A stretch of 64,000 nt of DNA, from assembly GCF_009834535.1 (NCBI RefSeq), contig NC_045697.1, forward strand, positions 84,136,001 to 84,200,000, given 5' to 3'. The DNA comes from Camelus ferus. Its lineage: Eukaryota. Both the position numbers and the translations under genes were made by a program. This document shows, in pieces, positions 52,316-64,000 of the stretch. Positions within the stretch are counted from its first letter, which is position 1. The number at the start of each line of letters is the position of its first letter. The notes beneath the pieces were generated by a model. That model was not told where the DNA came from and did no database searches. It saw nothing but the letters and a program-made list of their open reading frames with translations.

Positions 52316-53377
52316 GCTTTCTGAAGTTTAATAATCATAATACACCTGACTGATAATCTGAATTCTTAAAGTGCTTTTCCAAACCAATCTCTCTTAACTC
52401 CAGAGTAATGGTTTTAGGTCCTGGACGTGTAAGTCTATACTGATATGATGCTGAAATACTACATTAGACTGAGGTCACTACCCCAATCATGCTGTTACCC
52501 ATATCTTCCACAACAATTTGGGAAAAATATTATAAGGTCAGGCATCTTGAGAACAGATGCAAAAAAAGCAAAACATACCATTCTTCAGAAGAGAGCAAAA
52601 CAGTGGAAGACAAGAAAATTATGGGCCAATAAAACATGAGATTCTGTACAATATGACACAGTCACATCTGCTATAGCCATTGTTGAGGTCATCGATCCAC
52701 TCTGTGGACATTCCCTTCTCTGAAGATTTTAATATCTGGCTCACTGTCTTCTTCCCCAATATTATTTCTGTCATTGCTTTTTGGTGGTTTACCTATCCAT
52801 CTAAGTGATCCACTGAACTCCTGGCCCTCTCAAGTCATTGACTATCTCGCTTTTAAGGATTATTTTCTCAATCCCATCTCAGTCACTCTTGACTTAAAGT
52901 TTGTCATTACCAGTACTCATATCACCTTCAAAATCAATCAGTGCTATGCTATAGGAACTTGGTTAAGAAAGACAGTGTGGGCTAGGATAGCAGGAAGGAA
53001 ATTAGAACTTAAAGGCCACAGGACATACACAAGTGGAGAAGAGGCACAGAGGACATATCTTAAGCAAGTGCAACGTTGTTGTCAAAGGCACAAAGGCAAG
53101 AAATGTTTGTGATGACTCAGGGTACATGGAACAGATTAGTCCAAAACCAAGAGTGCATACAAAAGGACTTTACACCAATTTATTGCCAAATATCTACTTT
53201 ATCATAAAGGCACAGTCCTTGAATGGAAATGCTTGCCTCAAAGGTCAAAAAATGAAACCCTACTGAGAATATAACATACAACAGGCCCATAAGATCATGC
53301 ATAAAATTGTTTCCTATTTTCTGGCAAATAAATCTGAATATTAATTAACGTACTTTTTTTCTTTTCATTTCTCACAG

Positions 53378-53621
53378 AGTTGCCACCCCATTTGGAGGTT
53401 TTGAAAAAGCATCAAAAATGGTTAAATTCAAGGTTCCAGATTTTGACCTACTACTTTTAACAGATCCTAGGTTCATGGCCTTTGCCAATCCTCTTTCTGG
53501 CAGACGGTCCTTTAATAGGACTCCCAAGGGATGGATATCTGAGAATATTCCTATAGTGATAACAACTGAACCTACAGAGGATACCAAGGATACCACCATA
53601 CCAGAATCAGAAGACCTATGA
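53378..53621 (+). CDS. MYOZ2: Myozenin-2 last coding exon (gene exon 6): (R)[80 protein letters not shown]
   Basis: Long pyrimidine tract plus CACAG| acceptor; [11 protein letters not shown] and SFNRTPKGW calsarcin motifs; TGA at 53619-53621; C-terminal ESEDL PDZ-binding motif. Confidence 0.97.
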
Positions 53622-55220
53622 AAAGAAAGTTGTATGTGCCACAAAAATCTCTGAACATAAATGTTGCTGTTTTACTATTCTGCTTACTGACAAAGCCATT
53701 TACACTCTTCATTAGTAGCAATAATTTAATAGCAATTTAGCAGTTTTCCTCTTATGGCATCTAATTTCAATCTCAGATCAAATACTAATAAATAACTCAA
53801 GATCTTATTTTACAAACTTTAAACTCAGTTGTCTTCATTTATAATCTCTTTTTTTCACCTTGTTTAAGTGATCCAGCCTTTTCATTAGAAAATCTAGAAA
53901 AGTAACTGACAACAAAGGGTTTCATTTTTCTTGCCTTTAATATGAGCTATTACTCATGAAAATGTTTTTCAAATGAATCTAGAATGAAAATATAGCACAA
54001 GATATTTAAATTAATTCGGAGTTTTATTTAAGGGATAAAAGCTATAGAAGCTGATATACAAACATTATTGATGCAGAAAAGGGTTGGATTCTACTTTTCT
54101 GACAAGCTTCAAACAAGCTTGTCTGGATGAAGTCTTTTCATTAGTCATTCTTAGAATTTCTAAAGTGCTTTGTATTTTTCAACGTGCTTTGAATCATTAG
54201 GTAATTATTCCAGATGACATCATTCTTCAGAGTTTAGTTGGGTTATTATATTTTTAAGTATTTAGTCAAGGAGACTGAGAGACAGTTACTCAAAGAACAT
54301 CATAATGTTGCAGTTTTCATGACCAAGGGAGATGGAGAGGGAATTCAATTCCACCAATCCCAATGTTGTGCACTGATCAGTTCAACTTTATGCATTTTTT
54401 GAAGAGTAGTAACAAATAAAACACATGCTAATATACATATAAATACATGTATATGAGAGAGGGAAAAAGAGTGTGTATTTAGAATTGGCAGCTTTCTTCA
54501 CTGAATCTAAATTCTGCTCAAATCCTTAAGCACTAGGGAGTACATGTCATAAAACACACAGGAAAACAAGAGATGGAAGAACATAAAAGCATCTAGAAGT
54601 AAAATAGCATGCATCTATCATGAAATATATGAATATATTGGTATAAAAGACCCAAACTAATATAAAGTTATAGACATATCTTAAAACATGGGTGAGGAAG
54701 TATATGACATGGGACTGGTAAGAAATAAATCACAATTTAGTTAAAAGTTCTGTGATAGATGTTTATACCAGAGAAGAAATGTCTCATCTATAGAAAGCTA
54801 TTCGCTGGATTAAGTTTAGGAGATAGGAAGAAGAAAAGTACATAATAGAGTAATGAAAATACCATGTAGCAACATCACATAATTTACAAAAGAATCTGTA
54901 TGTAATGTTGAAATTGGTGGTTGTTTTAATCATCTTCTAATCTTGAAAGCAGAGAAATTTTTTAAAACTTTGCTTATGAAAATGCAATCCCTAGAAAGGA
55001 ATAATATTAATGTATCATATTTATGCGTATTATCATTGTAGAGAGTTTGTATAATTTAAAAAATACCCTTAAGATATCTTAGTTTTTTTATGTTTTGGTG
55101 TTTATCTGTTTAAAACAACAACGTTGGCAACTGTGATAAACTCCAGATATAAGGCTCCAATCATGCCATTTTTTTGTTCATTTTAATCTTTTAAAAATAA
55201 AAATTAGTCATATTCTATTA
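53622..55220 (+). other. MYOZ2: MYOZ2 3' UTR (end approximate)
   Basis: Sequence after the stop codon with no repeats I could recognise; AATAAA at 53787, 54415 and 55196. Confidence 0.6.
55196..55201 (+). terminator. Probable main polyadenylation signal AATAAA
   Basis: U-rich sequence upstream and GU/U-rich sequence downstream (TGGTTTAGTTCTTT near 55236); implies a 3' UTR of about 1.6 kb. Confidence 0.55.
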
Positions 55221-58213
55221 TGCATCTTGATGAAATGGTTTAGTTCTTTATTAGCAAGTTGAAATGAGTTACTATTTTTCATTAAATTGAAACTACACCA
55301 CATTATTTAGCTATCTCTGAAGAGTTAAATTCTATGCTCAATGTCACCACTCTGTCAACTACCAAAAGGGGTTAGCAATTAAATAGCTATGAAACAGTAT
55401 TCTCCAGTATCATAAAGGAGAACTTAAAAGGGGGGAAATCCTAAGTATTTTTTTAACTGGGTAAAAAAATGAAGGAATAACCCTCTGTTCACTATCGTAT
55501 TTCTTCCTTTCCTGGAAATGTCTATTAATTCTAGCTCAGCTGTCTGACACCTTTAGAAGTGCCAACATTTCACACTCTGGTTACTACACAATTAGAATTT
55601 GAAAGGAATTTGAATAGGTTTTCCACTGACCTGAAAAGCAACTAAATCTTTCAAAGTCTGAAGAAATATGATAGCCTTTTTAGGACAACAGAAAGACTGT
55701 GGCATTTTTTCCCAACCACATTTGTATACAAGAAAAATGAAATACAGGAGAAAGAAAATTTATTTTAGAAAAAATAAATGAATGAAAATAACATTTGTTG
55801 ATGGACTACTAAATATCAAGCATTATATTCACTGCTTTATAAAGGCTATTTAATGTATGTCTTTAATATTACTTTATTTTCATGATTATCCTGTGAGAAA
55901 GGTATTATAAATAAACTCTATTTTATAATTAAAAAATTGAGCCTCAGAAAACTAAGGATTATTACATTAATTCTAGCTCAAAAGTGGAAGAACTTGTGCG
56001 TCTAAAACATATGCTCTAAGAACTCATGGTTCATAACTTCTCTCTCAAAATAATTTCAGCCTTAAACTATTTTATTACGTCTAGACAAAAATAATAAAAA
56101 AAATCTCCATTATCTTAATTTTGAGAAAATACAGCTATAAATTGAGTCATTTTAGAGTCACCCTACAAAGTCATTCAGGCACTCATAACTATAAAAAGAT
56201 GAATTTTCAGACTGTTGAAACAAGCAATATGCATGTTTAATTATGAAATTAGAGAAACACAAAAGCATACTCTGATTAAACCTGCTTGTTTTTGCTCAGC
56301 ATTGGGCATGCTTCTGATTCATGTAAACTTTTTTTTTTCCTTTCCCCCATAAGGGCAAAGAAAAAGGAAAGAAGAGGAAATAAAGAGGAAACAAATGCAC
56401 GACACTAATAACCATAAGGCTGAGCAAAATCATGTGGTGTGATAACACATCAAAAACATTCCTTTAAATAAAAATATTTTCTACTTTTCAAAACTTTAAC
56501 AGAAACTCAATTTCCTCCATTATACTGTTCAACAGACTTTCAGGCCATGAAATTATACCTCCTATTTTATTTAGCCAATTTCTTGATGATCAGCTGGCTA
56601 ATTGTTCTCTAGATAATAACTAGAGCTACGTTAACAAGAGCTGTGGTTAGAAACATTCTTGGCTTTTAACTCTCCATTCTCTTCAATCATTTCTCAAGGC
56701 TAGTATTTTCCATTTCTTAACTCAATATTTGAAAGGACTTGATAATTTAAAGTAACTGATTATTGGTTATTACAAAATCAAGGCAAATACAGACAATAAT
56801 TTTTAGTGAAGATGACCATTTACTGCATCCGCTTAAAATTTTATGTTTTCTAAATGGACCCATTTACAAATGTTTTAGCATCTTGGAAATGGAGGGAGCT
56901 AATTATTCTCACAAAGGCTAATGTGGAGCAAAATGTCCAGTCGTGAGTGTGAAAAGAACATCCTGAACTTTCCAACTCAGGGCACAGCTGTACCAGCAGA
57001 CTTATTAATTCTGGAATTTCCTCACTCTGCTGCTTATACAAGATAAAACTTACATGACATCATTGCAGTTTCTCAGCCACAACTGCTTTTTATTAAGCTT
57101 AGGAAAGTATTGCTTTGAATGCCCCTTTTCTTATGAAAAATACTTTCGACCTCCACACGCTCTATTCTGTAGGAAGAAGGGCAGTTCACTTTCTATGAAA
57201 GGTGGAAGAGTGCCAGGCTTTTGCCAAAAGAATAAGCAAAGGGAGTCTATTCCAAACTAACCCATCAAAGCACTTTATAAACATATCAAACAATTTTTAG
57301 AAAATAATCATGTTTAAAAAAGTTAAACTTTTCAGAACTAAGAAAAATGTAAGTAAAATTGTATAAGGATTCAATGGCTTAAGCTGATATATTATTAGAT
57401 AAATAAAAGGATGTGTCCCCTATTTGAATTCCTTTAATAAAAGAACTAGATTTCAGCCCAGGATATAAACTTTCCCTGGCTTCTCAATATAATGTGATTT
57501 CAACAGGAAGATTTGGTATGTAGGAGCAAAGAGGAGGAAAAAAAGCTATTTCTAAGAGGTTACAGTTCAGATCCCAAAAGAATGTACTTATTATTCTGTA
57601 TTGTGTAATATTTTGAAACATATTTCAGTGACAACTTAAATAGTATAGGAGATGGAGATGTTGCAGGAAACAGAACTGGAAAAGGTCAGAAGGAAAAAAG
57701 ATAAATTCAGTATCATACCCTATTTTAAAACTGCTGATTGAAGAATTGGTATAGATGCTGCAGCACTATCAAAATAAATCTAAAAGAACAGGGGGATAAA
57801 AGGAATGCCAGAATGAAGCAGGCTGAGAGGAAGTAACTGTGTTATTCTATGGTTTCTGAAGCCTTTTCCTCACCCCTTTGAAGTAGTTTTTTTCTACATA
57901 TACACAATTGTCTGACATGAATTGTCACCCAAATAGGCACTCTCGTTACATTTTCTTTTTCACCACTAACATACAAACTGCATATAAAAGCAGTTGTATT
58001 TAAAAGTGTCAGCTATCTGATCTACCACAGATCAGTGCTATAAATCTCAAGCAATTTATTTTGCCCTGGAAATTAGAGTTCCCACAAATGTATGAGGTTC
58101 AAAGGCCACCTTTGCCTGAGACCTTACTTGACCTCCCCTACTTAAGAGCGCACACTTACAACACCTAACTGTGCTTTTATTTTTCTTTATAGCCCTATTA
58201 CTCCCTAACAAAA

Positions 58214-58620
58214 TGTGTTAGTCTGGGTCCTCTGAGAAGCAGATGCAAAGATGGAGTTACACCTGCAAAAATTTTATTAGGAAAATTGTCCATGTGAGAG
58301 AAAATGGGGAGGGTCAAAGAAAGGCTGGGAGACACCCAAAGGACCCCAGATTGAAGTGCACGGATGTGTTCTAGACTGCTGGTAGGGAAGATTTGGTAAG
58401 GCTGTTGAGAGATCCTTGAGCCAAAGTCACCTGCAGGAGAGGTCCTGTGTTTCCCAGAAACAGGTCTGCCTTAGGGTCACTGTCATGGTCAGTCACAAGC
58501 TGGGGGCAGACTGTGAAAGGCAGACTCAGCAAGAAGTCAGGGAAGGAGGTCCATGTGAGCAGAACCGGGGCCCTCTGTCAACCATGTTGCTGGAGATCTG
58601 CAAGATGTGACAACCACACA
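58214..58620. mobile_element. Old ERVL-type LTR
   Basis: Begins tgtgttagtctgggtcctctgagaagcagatgcaaagatgg, a typical ERVL-class LTR end; GC richer than flanks. Confidence 0.55.
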
Positions 58621-59874
58621 TGATATAAGTACGTATTTCTTTATTGTTTATCTCATCCACCAGAATGAGCACTCTTTGAGAGTAAAGAGTTTGTCTTTTT
58701 TATTAACTGCTATATCCTCTGTGCTTGGTACATAGTGAAAAATAAAACTTTGTTAAATAAATAAATGTACCCTAATTATGGGGATAGTACTAGTATCTAT
58801 CTTAAAAATAATCATTATAAAGTATATTACCCAATACATGGTAAACGCTTGATAAGTATTAGCTATTGTTGATAACAAAACAAAAATTACCAAAATCACA
58901 CAGTAAGAAAGCAGAGGCATTTAGAACTAAGTTAGACTAGAGGTTATACTGGAACAGCTTTGGGATAGACATATTTGGCCCTGATTTGGAATATATGTTA
59001 AAGCAATGAGCATATTAAATACATACATAATCAGAAAGATTAAAAGTGGCCTTACTACTTTTAGGATAAGCATTAGTGTTAGCTCTATTCTCCAGACTTA
59101 AAATTGCAATAAATGGAGACTTTCAAGGATCTTGCTAAAATAGTACTATTTCTTGTGAGCATTCACATATTTTGGAGGTCACTTGAGAATTAAAAAAAAA
59201 AAAATCAGTATGGTGAATACTATCCTTGATCATTATATCCTACCTCTTCAGAAAATACATTACACAACCAGAAAGGAGTTCCCATGGGACTGATTGCTAC
59301 ATAACCTTTCATTTCTTTTTTTTAATTTATTTAACTAAAATGGATTTTCATTTAAGTATCTGTTTAGAATGTTTCAAATCAAGAATATGTTACCCTTGAA
59401 TTTCAATGCTTTGGCACAATCATCTCTAGAGAGTTCATGAACAAAAATAATCATCTGAAGTCCCCTTCTCTGAGAGGCTTGTGTAAAGAAGTTAGGCATC
59501 TGGTAGTCATAACTAGGGAAAGGAGGTGATTACTCTGTGAGCTGATGCTAACATAATGGGAAACTCACCTAAATATAATCAACCTGAAATAACTTTTTCT
59601 TCTTTCCATTTTATCTTGAAAAAGCAGGCTTGAATATTTCCCAAGCTTAGTTTTAAACTTAGTTCCTAATATCTATTTTACCTTACTTCTACCTATGTGA
59701 AAAATTGGAGCTAACGAAGATTCTACAACATAGCTGATTTGTCTCAGGGTACAGGCTTCCTGGGCAAGACTGTCTTCTAAGCCATACACCACTTTAGGCT
59801 CAGTTCTTATTTTGGAACATAAAGTCAAATGCAAACATGGATCACGTTTATTCAAGAAACATTCTTTACTTCTG

Positions 59875-60135
59875 ATAGGGATACATTTGGGAGTTTGAGA
59901 TTTGCAAATGTTAGCCACTATATATAAAAATAGATTAAAACATTCAAATTTCTCTTGTATAGCACAGGGAACTATATTCAATATCTTGTAATAACCTTTA
60001 ATGAAAAAGAATATGAAAATGAATATATGGGTGTATATGCATAACTGGGACATTGTGCTGTATGCCAGAAATTGATGTATTGTAACTGACTGTACCTCAA
60101 TTAAAAACAATAAAAAAAAAGAAAGAAAGAAAGAG
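59875..60135 (+). mobile_element. L1 3' end, same family as 4119-4394
   Basis: gagatttgca...tgtatagcacagggaactatattcaatatcttg...ctgactgtacctcaat followed by an A/GAAA tail. Confidence 0.85.
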
Positions 60136-60220
60136 ATGTGGACATAGTTTATGATTAATTACAAGAAGTTTCCTCACAAACTCATCAAAATCTATTAAAA
60201 ACACATTTAACTTATCTTAA

Positions 60221-60596
60221 TGCTATAGATTGAATGTGCATGGTCCCCCTAAAATCAGTATGTTGAAATCCTAACCCCTATTTGATAGTATTAGGAGGTG
60301 AGGCCTTTAGGAGGTGATTAAGTGATGAGAGTGTAGTCCTCATGAAAGGGATTAGTGTCTTTATAGAAGAGTTTCCACAAAGTTCCCTTGCCCCTTTCCC
60401 CATGTAAGTACACAGAGAGACAAGAGCCATCTATGCCATCTATGAATCAGGAAGTGGGCTCTCGCCAGACACCAAATTTGTCAGTGCCTTGCTCTTAGTC
60501 TTCCTAGCTTCCAGAACTGTGGGAAATAAATTTCTGTTGTCTATAAGTCACCCAGTCTATAATATTCTGTTATAGTAATCTGAATAGACTAAGACA
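60221..60596 (+). mobile_element. MLT1A-like MaLR solo LTR
   Basis: tgctatagattgaatg...gaaataaatttctgttg...agactaagaca; full TG...CA element. Confidence 0.85.
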
Positions 60597-61122
60597 CATA
60601 GCAACACAGAAAAATTATCATGCTTTCAGATGCAAATACATATAAGTGTATCAATTATGGTTAATGATAATAATTATTAGACTGTATTAGACTATGCCAT
60701 TTGTACAATTCTATACCCTGATGTTCATTTAAGTGTCCTCTTGTTAGCATATGAAGAGGATATTAATATTTTAGATATAATAGTATGAATAAGGAGAGAG
60801 TTATTATTTTGACAAAAATAAACCACAAGTACTATATGAATAGCATAAAGAAATACTCTCCTGGGTTTGAATAAACAATGATTTGCTTAGAATCAAAGCA
60901 GTTTAGAATTAGATATTATCTTGAAATAGTCTAGATCAATTCCTTCATTTATAAAATAGAAAATTAGATCAGAGAAGTTAAGAAACTAGCCCAATCTCAC
61001 ATTGCACATCTAAAATCGGAATCAAAGAGTCCTGCTTCTGATCTAACAATCCTTCCACTATCTTATTCTCTCCTATCTCAGTTGAGAACAAAACTATCCA
61101 CATGGGCACCATCCACACACCT

Positions 61123-61154
61123 TCTGGTGACATTACACTCTGGTGACATTACAC
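61123..61154. repeat. Perfect 16-bp tandem duplication
   Basis: TCTGGTGACATTACAC twice. Confidence 0.95.
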
Positions 61155-63594
61155 ACTCTACACAATTTCACATGTACCTATATATATAAATATAAACTTA
61201 TATAATTGGTATATCCCTCTTTTAAGCCATGGAAAAATGTAACTGTGAATTGGGATAATGTTAGTAATACATGGAGCCAGAGAGTAAAGGTTTTTTTTTT
61301 TTTACTTACAATGTTAGTAACTTTTCCTTTTGTCAGTAAAAAAAAAGTTAATGTGACAATATCAAACCAAAATGAATATTCTTTTCTAATCAAAAGGGAG
61401 TATATTTTCAAACTGTACTAAAGAAAAGAGTAAACATTGCTCCTTACACTAAAAACTTCTTGGTCCATGTCTTTCAAACTATAGTTGTGCTTTGCTAGGT
61501 GGTGTAAAAATTAATTTAGATGGTTATGATCAGCAGCTTTTCAAATGGAATAGAACAGAATACATGAAAAGAAAAATCAGAGCATATCACTCACAGAAAT
61601 AGTATTATTTCAGGAAACTACTGATTTTGTTTTATTTTTGTTCGTGTGAACTGGATCTCAATATAAAAATATTGCTTACTCTAGTTGCAGTCTGAAATGT
61701 TTAAAAGCTACTGTTCTACCTACTACTAAATGCTGTTTAAAGTTTAAATGTCACTACTGTTTTTAGTAACTGGAATGGCTTTTCTTCATCACATAAAAAC
61801 TATTATAACTAATTTGATGAAGAGAATTCTTCAGAACTAAAAGAATTTGAAACAGTAGCAGAACAAAACTTGCAGAAAGCAATTTAATCAGAAAACCTTG
61901 ATTTAAAAATATACAAAAAGGCATTAACTCACATTCCAGGGATATTACTTGCTAAGAGTTTGTTTTTCTTCCAGCACAATTTCAGTTTTAGGGCTTGTTT
62001 TACAGATAAGAGAATGAAAGATTCAAGAGTACTAACAGTTAAGAAATAAAGAAAATAAGTACCCTAAAATTTCTGCCTTTACCTGTAATTCTTTGAATTA
62101 TTTCTATCACTGCATATTTTCCAACAATTTTATTACTTTATTAAAAAATAAGCCTTATTTCCCTTTTTTCTTTTGACTATGAAGTGAATTTCAACAAGGA
62201 AGTTCAACTTGAAAACACTGGTACCCGGAATATTTTTGTCATCTTTACAAAGAAAAGTGCTCTCCAGGGCAACTTCCTTTGAGTTCATTGCTTAAGCCAA
62301 TACTCTATGAGCAAAAGACTCAGTGTTATTTTACTATTGTATTCCTAAAAGAACTACTTTAAAAACAAGTCAGTCCAAGATGTATAGATAGTTGTGTGTG
62401 TGTGTGTTTGTGTTTGTGTGTGCGCACGAGTATGCACGTGTCATAAAGACTTAGATTTCTTAGATTCCTAAAGGGTGGGAAAATAAGTTTGGTAAATTTC
62501 CAAACACCATAGTATTTTTCATAAAGTCAGAGTAGTGCTCTTGACTTCTTCCTTATGTCTTTCAGAAGGGCACAAAGGTGTCAAGCACGTTTATCACCAG
62601 TATTTCAATACAGAAGAAATTTGACTGCACTTTAAGAAACAAACAGTGCTATCTCCTACAAAACTTCAGAATAATTCAGGAAAAAATATTCCACACCAGG
62701 CAAATTCCATGTGATTAGGAATTGGATTTTAGTCCTGGTTCTATTAGTGTCTAGCATAAGCTTTGATAATTTTACTTCCCTGAGCTTAAGTGTCTTCACT
62801 TGAATAGTGAGGAATTTTAGCAAACTAATCTCTGAGATCTTTTCTATCTCTAAGGTTCTAAAGAACTGTATAATAAAACATTATAAAACTTGTTTTAGAA
62901 AAAAATTAAAGAGAAATTGTATTTATGCACAAAAATCCCAGTGAATGAATTTCAATCAAAACCTAGATGTTTTCAACCTTTACTTCTAGATGTATTAGTA
63001 TGGTACATATTGCCTTTCTCATTTCTACTTGCTTTACTGTATTTCCATGGCAGTAGCCAGACATCAGACTTAACTGTAGGTTCTTTTACTTAGTAATTCA
63101 GTTTATGTTTATTGAGTGTCTCCTTTATGCCAGACACTGTGCTAGGTATCTCACTTTCATTGTCTCTAAAATAAGGATATTAATAATATCTAAATATTAA
63201 TATTTTAGAGTTGTTGGGAAAGTTAAACAAAGTAATTTGCATACAGCACTTACTTCTTGACATATTTTGGAATTAAATAACAATTGGGAAAAGATCCTTT
63301 CATTTCACACCTTTAGTAGTTAGAAGCATGGGGTCTAATACCTTCCTTTATGGATTAAGAAAGGTTAAAAGAGGTGAACTGACTTGCCTACATTGATACA
63401 GCCTGACAGCAAGAGAGTTCCATACTTACTTGAGAGCAGGAGAGTTTCATAATTCTCTATCCATTCTTTCCATCATATCATGATGCTTCTGAACACAAGC
63501 AACTGTACCATCTGTTTCTTTCATTCTTTCTCTCAGATTACAAAACATTGCCAGAAAAAAAAAATTGTGCAAATAAATGCCCACAGGGGTGGCA

Positions 63595-63785
63595 ATCCTA
63601 CTAATCTTATCAACACAAATCCAGTTAGGGATTAGCTAGGACACCCTGCTACAAACAGATGAGGAAATTTGGGTTTTAGAGTAGTTAATAGTTGCTTAAG
63701 GTCACACAAACAATAAATGGTAATGCAAGGATTTGAACCTAGGTCTGCCCAGGTCTAAAGGCCATGCTCTTCTATGATACCATGT
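63595..63785 (-). mobile_element. MIR SINE
   Basis: acagatgaggaaattt...ttgcttaaggtcacaca...ggatttgaacctaggtctg. Confidence 0.7.
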
Positions 63786-63859
63786 TGTCATTAAACATGG
63801 TCTCTACCTGGCTTTCTAAACAATTTTAATGCTGTCAATCAGGGTTAACTTTGGCTATA

Positions 63860-64000
63860 GCTGGAGGTGAATGTCAGGAATCCAGCCTTCATCAACATTT
63901 TCCTCAATGATTTAGCTGAAGACAAAGAAGATGTCACTAAATTTGGTAATATAAAAATTGAGGAAAAACAGTGAATCTTATGAGATGTGGACTAAAACTT
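63860..64000 (+). mobile_element. CR1/L3 LINE reverse-transcriptase relic
   Basis: From 63888 reads FINIFLNDLAEDKEDVTKFGN, resembling the CR1 RT motif FNIFINDL...KFADD. Confidence 0.5.

Noticed and set aside
53372..53644. Antisense ORFs over MYOZ2 exons (also 43280..43486)
   Set aside because: Shadow ORFs expected opposite coding sequence; no independent splice or promoter evidence
55300..64000. Exons of a neighbouring gene (USP53 downstream or SYNPO2 upstream, by recalled synteny)
   Set aside because: No recognisable coding exon or CpG-island promoter in either flank of this window

Overview
AT-rich, CpG-poor mammalian genomic DNA containing one complete protein-coding gene, MYOZ2 (myozenin-2 / calsarcin-1 / FATZ-2), on the + strand. 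It has a non-coding exon 1 ending at 22546 and five coding exons (23121-23196, 38156-38325, 43210-43339, 48097-48280, 53378-53621). These splice in frame at GT-AG junctions to 804 nt, or 267 aa plus stop, followed by a 3' UTR probably ending near 55220. A tRNA-derived SINE resembling camelid Vic-1 suggests a camel/alpaca/llama genome (inference). The rest is interspersed repeats (L1, L2, MIR, MaLR, hAT MERs, a CR1/L3 relic). I found no evidence for a new biological system. The most notable observations are: a perfect 9-nt tandem duplication adding three residues near the MYOZ2 C-terminus; five TSD-flanked solo LTRs packed into about 4.2 kb upstream of the gene, including a three-level nest; a 5'-inverted (twin-primed) L1 with a 17-bp TSD; and a compact MEF2/E-box/AP-1 muscle promoter. 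Repeat family names and human-protein comparisons are from recall and need checking. Old-repeat boundaries are approximate.
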